The translations under genes were made by a program, and so were the position numbers. 64,000 bases of DNA from Syntrophales bacterium (GTDB lineage: Bacteria > Desulfobacterota > Syntrophia > Syntrophales > UBA2210): positions 576,001-640,000 of the forward strand of contig CAXXKT010000001.1 in NCBI GenBank assembly GCA_963662405.2. Reading direction: 5' to 3'. Below the pieces are notes generated by a model. The model was not told the DNA's origin. It saw only the letters and a program-made list of their open reading frames with translations, and did no database searches. Positions 60,337-64,000 of the stretch are shown piece after piece. Every line of letters starts with the position of its first letter. Position 1 is the stretch's first letter.

Positions 60337-62443
60337 ATGCAGGAAGGACACATGCATCGACCCGTCCCCGGACGTTTTCCCTGTGGTTATGACCCGGTTC
60401 TTGAGGCCCTGCCGATTGGGATCTACTTCCTCGAAGGTGACCGGCTCAGATATGTCAACCCCTGGCTTTCCGAGGCATTGGGATATGGGAACTGTGAAGA
60501 ATTGATCGGGAAATCATTCCCGGAAATAATTCACCCCGATGATCGGGAACGCATCAAGCTCGAGATACAGGGGCAAACGGCCCGTACAGACCGAATGAAA
60601 TCAGGTGCCGCCTGCTCAAAAAGGATGGATCCACCCTCCGGGTGTGCATGAATGGGAAACACCGTGTTCAAGCAGGAAAGAACGGACACGTTGGTTATGT
60701 GAGGGATACCAATCACTTTGAAGAAATGGAGGCATCCCTGGACAAATACAGAACCATTATCATCGAAATTGAAGACGGGGTGGGCGAAACCGACCTCGAG
60801 GGAAATCTACTTTTTATCAACGATGCCGGATGCCGGCTTCGGGGCTATACCCGGGAGGAAATCATTGGTTCGAACTATCGATCCTATTATGATGTTGATG
60901 AAAAAATAGCAGAATTCTTAAAAAAGGCTCATCGCACAATATACAAAACGGGAGTACCCGGCAGGTTCATCCATGAAATAGTAAGAAGAGACGGCACACG
61001 AAAGATAGTCGAAGATTCAGTTTCTCTGGTTCGGGATACGGGCGGAACCATCACCGGATTTCGAACGGTACAACGGGATGTAACCGACCGTGAGGAAGCG
61101 GGGGAAAAGTTGATCGAGCATCGCACCCGCCTGGAGGCCATATTCAGCAGTGTACAAGACGCCATTATCACGGTAACCCCGGAGCTGCGTGTTATTGCGG
61201 CAAACACGTCAACAGAGACTATCTGCGGGGTCAAAGTGGACGAGATCGAGGGGAAGGTATTCCCCCACTGTCTGAATCAATGCAGTCAGGCGTGTTGCGA
61301 GGTGTTACGACAGACCCTCGAAAAAAAGACCGCCATCAAGGGATATCATATCGAATGCAACTCACCGGTACGTCATCACCAGGTCGCGAGTGTAAGCAGC
61401 TCTCCGCTTCTGGGTCCGGAGGGTGATTTTACGGGGGCAGTCCTGGTCATTCGGGATGTCACCCTGCTCAGGGATCTGGAACGGGAGTTACGGGAGAGAC
61501 ACCAATTTCAGAATATAATCGGCAAGAGCCAAAAATGCAGGATATCTACAACCTCCTGGAGGATTTGGCCAGCTTGGAGACCACGGTCCTGATTACAGGG
61601 GAAAGCGGGACAGGAAAGGAGGTCATCGCCAAGGCACTTCACTATAGCGGTCACCGAGCCGGAAAACCGTTTGTCAAGGTAAGCTGCTCGGCACTGGCTG
61701 AAAACCTCCTTGAGAGCGAACTGTTCGGTCATGTCAAAGGGGCGTTTACCGGGGCTATTCATAACAAACAGGGACGTTTTCAGGCAGCCGACGGGGGAAC
61801 GATCCTGCTGGATGAGATCGGCGACATTTCACCTCTTATTCAGCTCAAGCTTCTACGGGTCCTGCAGGACAAGGAATTTGAGAAGGTTGGAGAAACCACT
61901 ACCCGAAAGGTAGACGTGCGTGTCATCGCATGCACCAACAAAGATCTCAAAGAAAAGGTACGGCATGGAGAGTTCCGGGAAGATCTGTATTACCGCCTCA
62001 AGGTAGTTGAAATCCCGCTTCCTTCCCTTCGTCAAAGACTCAAGGACGTGCCGTTGCTTGTTGATCACTTCTACAGCCTCTTCAATAAAAGGTTCCACAA
62101 GAAGATCGACGGCGTATCCAGCGATGTGCTCACCTATTTCATGGATTATCCTTGGCCGGGGAATGTCCGGGAGCTTGAGCACGCTATCGAGTGCGCTTTT
62201 GTGCTCTGTCACGAGAGGGTCATTACCCTTGAGCACTTACCCCCGGAAATCAAAGACTATAAGAAACCAACACGGGCCACCGTCTCTCATATGCATGCGG
62301 GGAAACCGGAAGAAGCCCGGAATATTTTGAATGCCTTAAATACGACGCTGTGGAACAAGACCAAGGCCGCCCACCTGCTCGGTATCAGCCGACAGACCCT
62401 GTACCGAAAAATTTACGAATATGAAATCCTGAAAAAAGCGTAA
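60337..62443 (+). pseudogene. PAS-domain sigma-54-dependent activator split by two -1 frameshifts (pseudogene or consensus error)
   Basis: Three consecutive ORFs form PAS-PAS-PAS-AAA+(GAFTGA)-HTH. Breaks occur at ~60545-60597 (HPDD.. then ..KKDGS in the next frame) and at the A run at ~61531-61535 (IIGKSQK|MQDIY). Confidence 0.8.
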
Positions 62444-62458
62444 CAAAAGCGTATCATA

Positions 62459-62486
62459 TTACACAATGTAACATTACATACTGTCA
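62459..62486. promoter_or_regulatory. Tandem palindromic sites, candidate enhancer (UAS)
   Basis: TTACA-CAA-TGTAA followed 15 bp on by TTACA-TAC-TGTCA. Confidence 0.55.
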
Positions 62487-62581
62487 CATTCCCTTCTCCC
62501 GGCACCCCTCCCTTTATCCCCGGCATCCCATAAGAAATGAGAATAAAATCATTTTTTGAACCCGCTTGTACGCCTCGCACT

Positions 62582-62597
62582 CGGCATGCATCTTGCG
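62582..62597 (+). promoter_or_regulatory. Sigma-54 promoter
   Basis: CGGCAT-GCATC-TTGCG (GG-N10-GC), upstream of 62688. Confidence 0.65.
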
Positions 62598-62687
62598 AAC
62601 CCTTCCTGTTGGTCACACGTTATTTTGTTATCACATAACGTGGAAGCAACCATGAAAAAACATTCTACGAGAAAAAGAGGAAAGGTA

Positions 62688-64000
62688 ATGTTCAGGAGGT
62701 TGAGATTTGGTCTGTTTTTTGTCACAGCACTCGCGCTGACGCTCTGTTTTACATCTACCGGAATAAGCGCCGCTCCATCGGGAGAACCGATTGTGATCGG
62801 GTATACGGGGATGGTGCTTTCCCCGGGAACACGGCCCTGCATGGCCATCCAGAAATTGGCCGTATAAGAAATCAACGAGGCAGGAGGGGTCCTCGGGCGT
62901 CCGCTGAAGTACGTCATAGCCGACAACAAGGGGGCTACCTCACTGACTGTCGAGGGAACGCGCCGTCTGTTGATCGAGGAGAAAGCCAAATTCATCTTTA
63001 TTGAGGGGCGAACGGAGATTTGTCTTGCCGCCCAGGCGAATGCGGTGAGCATGTTCAAAGATTATCCGCATATCATGATATTCAACGGGACGATGGGCCG
63101 TGAGCTGACCGACCGGGTCATCGACAATTATGAGAAATACAAGTTCTGCTTCCGTGACTTCGATCCGGAAGTGGGCCAATTTGCCCAAATGAAATATTTC
63201 TTCGGGGGCCAATTTCAGAAGATGATGCCGGGCATAAAGAGAGTGGCTATCCTGTGGGAGGATCTCGAATGGTGTAAGCCGTACCGCGAGGGGATCCCCG
63301 ATCTGGGTGTGCCATCCTGGGAGGAGATAATAGAAGAATACGGGTACGAGGTGGTCTACAGCAAAGCCGCCAAGCCGCGGGGGACAATGTATCTGCCCCT
63401 CTTCCAACAGATCGCCGGGAAGAAGGCTGATTACATCTTGTACCTCAGTTCCTGGTTTACCGATGTAGAGACGTGCGCCAAACAGTGGGCCGATTCGGCC
63501 GCGCGTGATATCCCTCTTCACCTCTACGGTGGCGTTTCCCAAACCCACGACTTCTGGAAATTGACCGGGGGCAAGGGACTGGGAATCATCAGTTCCTCCT
63601 ATGAACCTATGCTTCCAATGACAGAAAAGACCATCCCTTTTGTCAAACTGGCCAAGGCACACAACATTCCGGCTCAGCTGCATGTTCACCTCGCCTACGC
63701 GGACATCTACTTCATCAAGAAGGCAATCGAAACCGCGGGGGGCGTCGACGATATCGACAAACTGGTCGAGGCAATGGAGACAACGGAGATCACCTATTCT
63801 CTCGGCAAGATGGCCTATGAGCCGACAAGGAAAAAAACCTATTTCCACTCCAAGGTCAGGGTCGATCCGGCCGATCCCCTGAACAAGACCTATCCTGGTG
63901 TATTTCTTCAGGTCATGGGACAATTCCAGAACGACGGCAAAATAGTGTATCTGGGAGGCTCTTGCAAGGAGAATGAAGAGCTTGCCCAAAAAGCTGGCAT
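62688..64000 (+). pseudogene. LivJ/LivK-like ABC solute-binding protein with one in-frame TAA (3' end beyond window)
   Basis: Signal peptide and PIVIG, then LAV*EINEAGGVLGRPL with TAA at 62865-62867. The frame stays open from there to the window end. Confidence 0.78.

Noticed and set aside
62865..62867. Stop-codon reassignment or Sec/Pyl readthrough
   Set aside because: The codon is TAA, it occurs once, and TAA terminates other genes here normally.
52960..64000. Integrative element or prophage at tRNA-Phe
   Set aside because: No integrase, transposase, phage gene or duplicated tRNA 3' end is visible within the window.
1..64000. CRISPR array, rRNA or IS element
   Set aside because: No short regularly spaced repeats, rRNA-like sequence or transposase ORFs were seen.

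Overview
A bacterial chromosomal window, most likely Deltaproteobacteria/Desulfobacterota; this is inferred from the sirC-ccsA-hemA cluster, the sigma-54 regulators and the T2SS style. The first ~45 kb is one co-oriented minus-strand envelope locus. In transcription order it carries galE, a type II secretion cluster (gspE,F,G,H,I,J,K,L,M,C,D), and an orphan periplasmic binding protein / HAMP kinase / sigma-54 response regulator / TonB-dependent receptor module. Next come a GT2 + DUF2304 pair, nucleotide-sugar genes (epimerase, WbpB-WbpD-like fusion, WbpE-like aminotransferase, PglF/WbpM-like dehydratase) and a WecA-like initiator. These are followed by seven GT-C-type membrane glycosyltransferase genes with GtrA/GtrB and DPM1-like genes, and a sigma-54-driven secreted CAP-like gene at the left edge. 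The most unusual signal is in the GT-C array. Three TMTC-like genes share a ~1.03 kb membrane-domain block that is identical apart from one base I could see, yet carry different, mosaic TPR tails (643/677/745 aa, differing by multiples of 34). A 1.71 kb direct repeat crosses gene boundaries, and a second GT-C pair shows patchwork identity. The right part holds housekeeping genes (csp, hemA cluster, prmA, rsmE, tRNA-Phe). After tRNA-Phe is an accessory stretch ending in a frameshifted PAS/sigma-54 activator and its likely target, an ABC solute-binding gene with an in-frame TAA. All calls come from reading motifs by eye; no searches were run.
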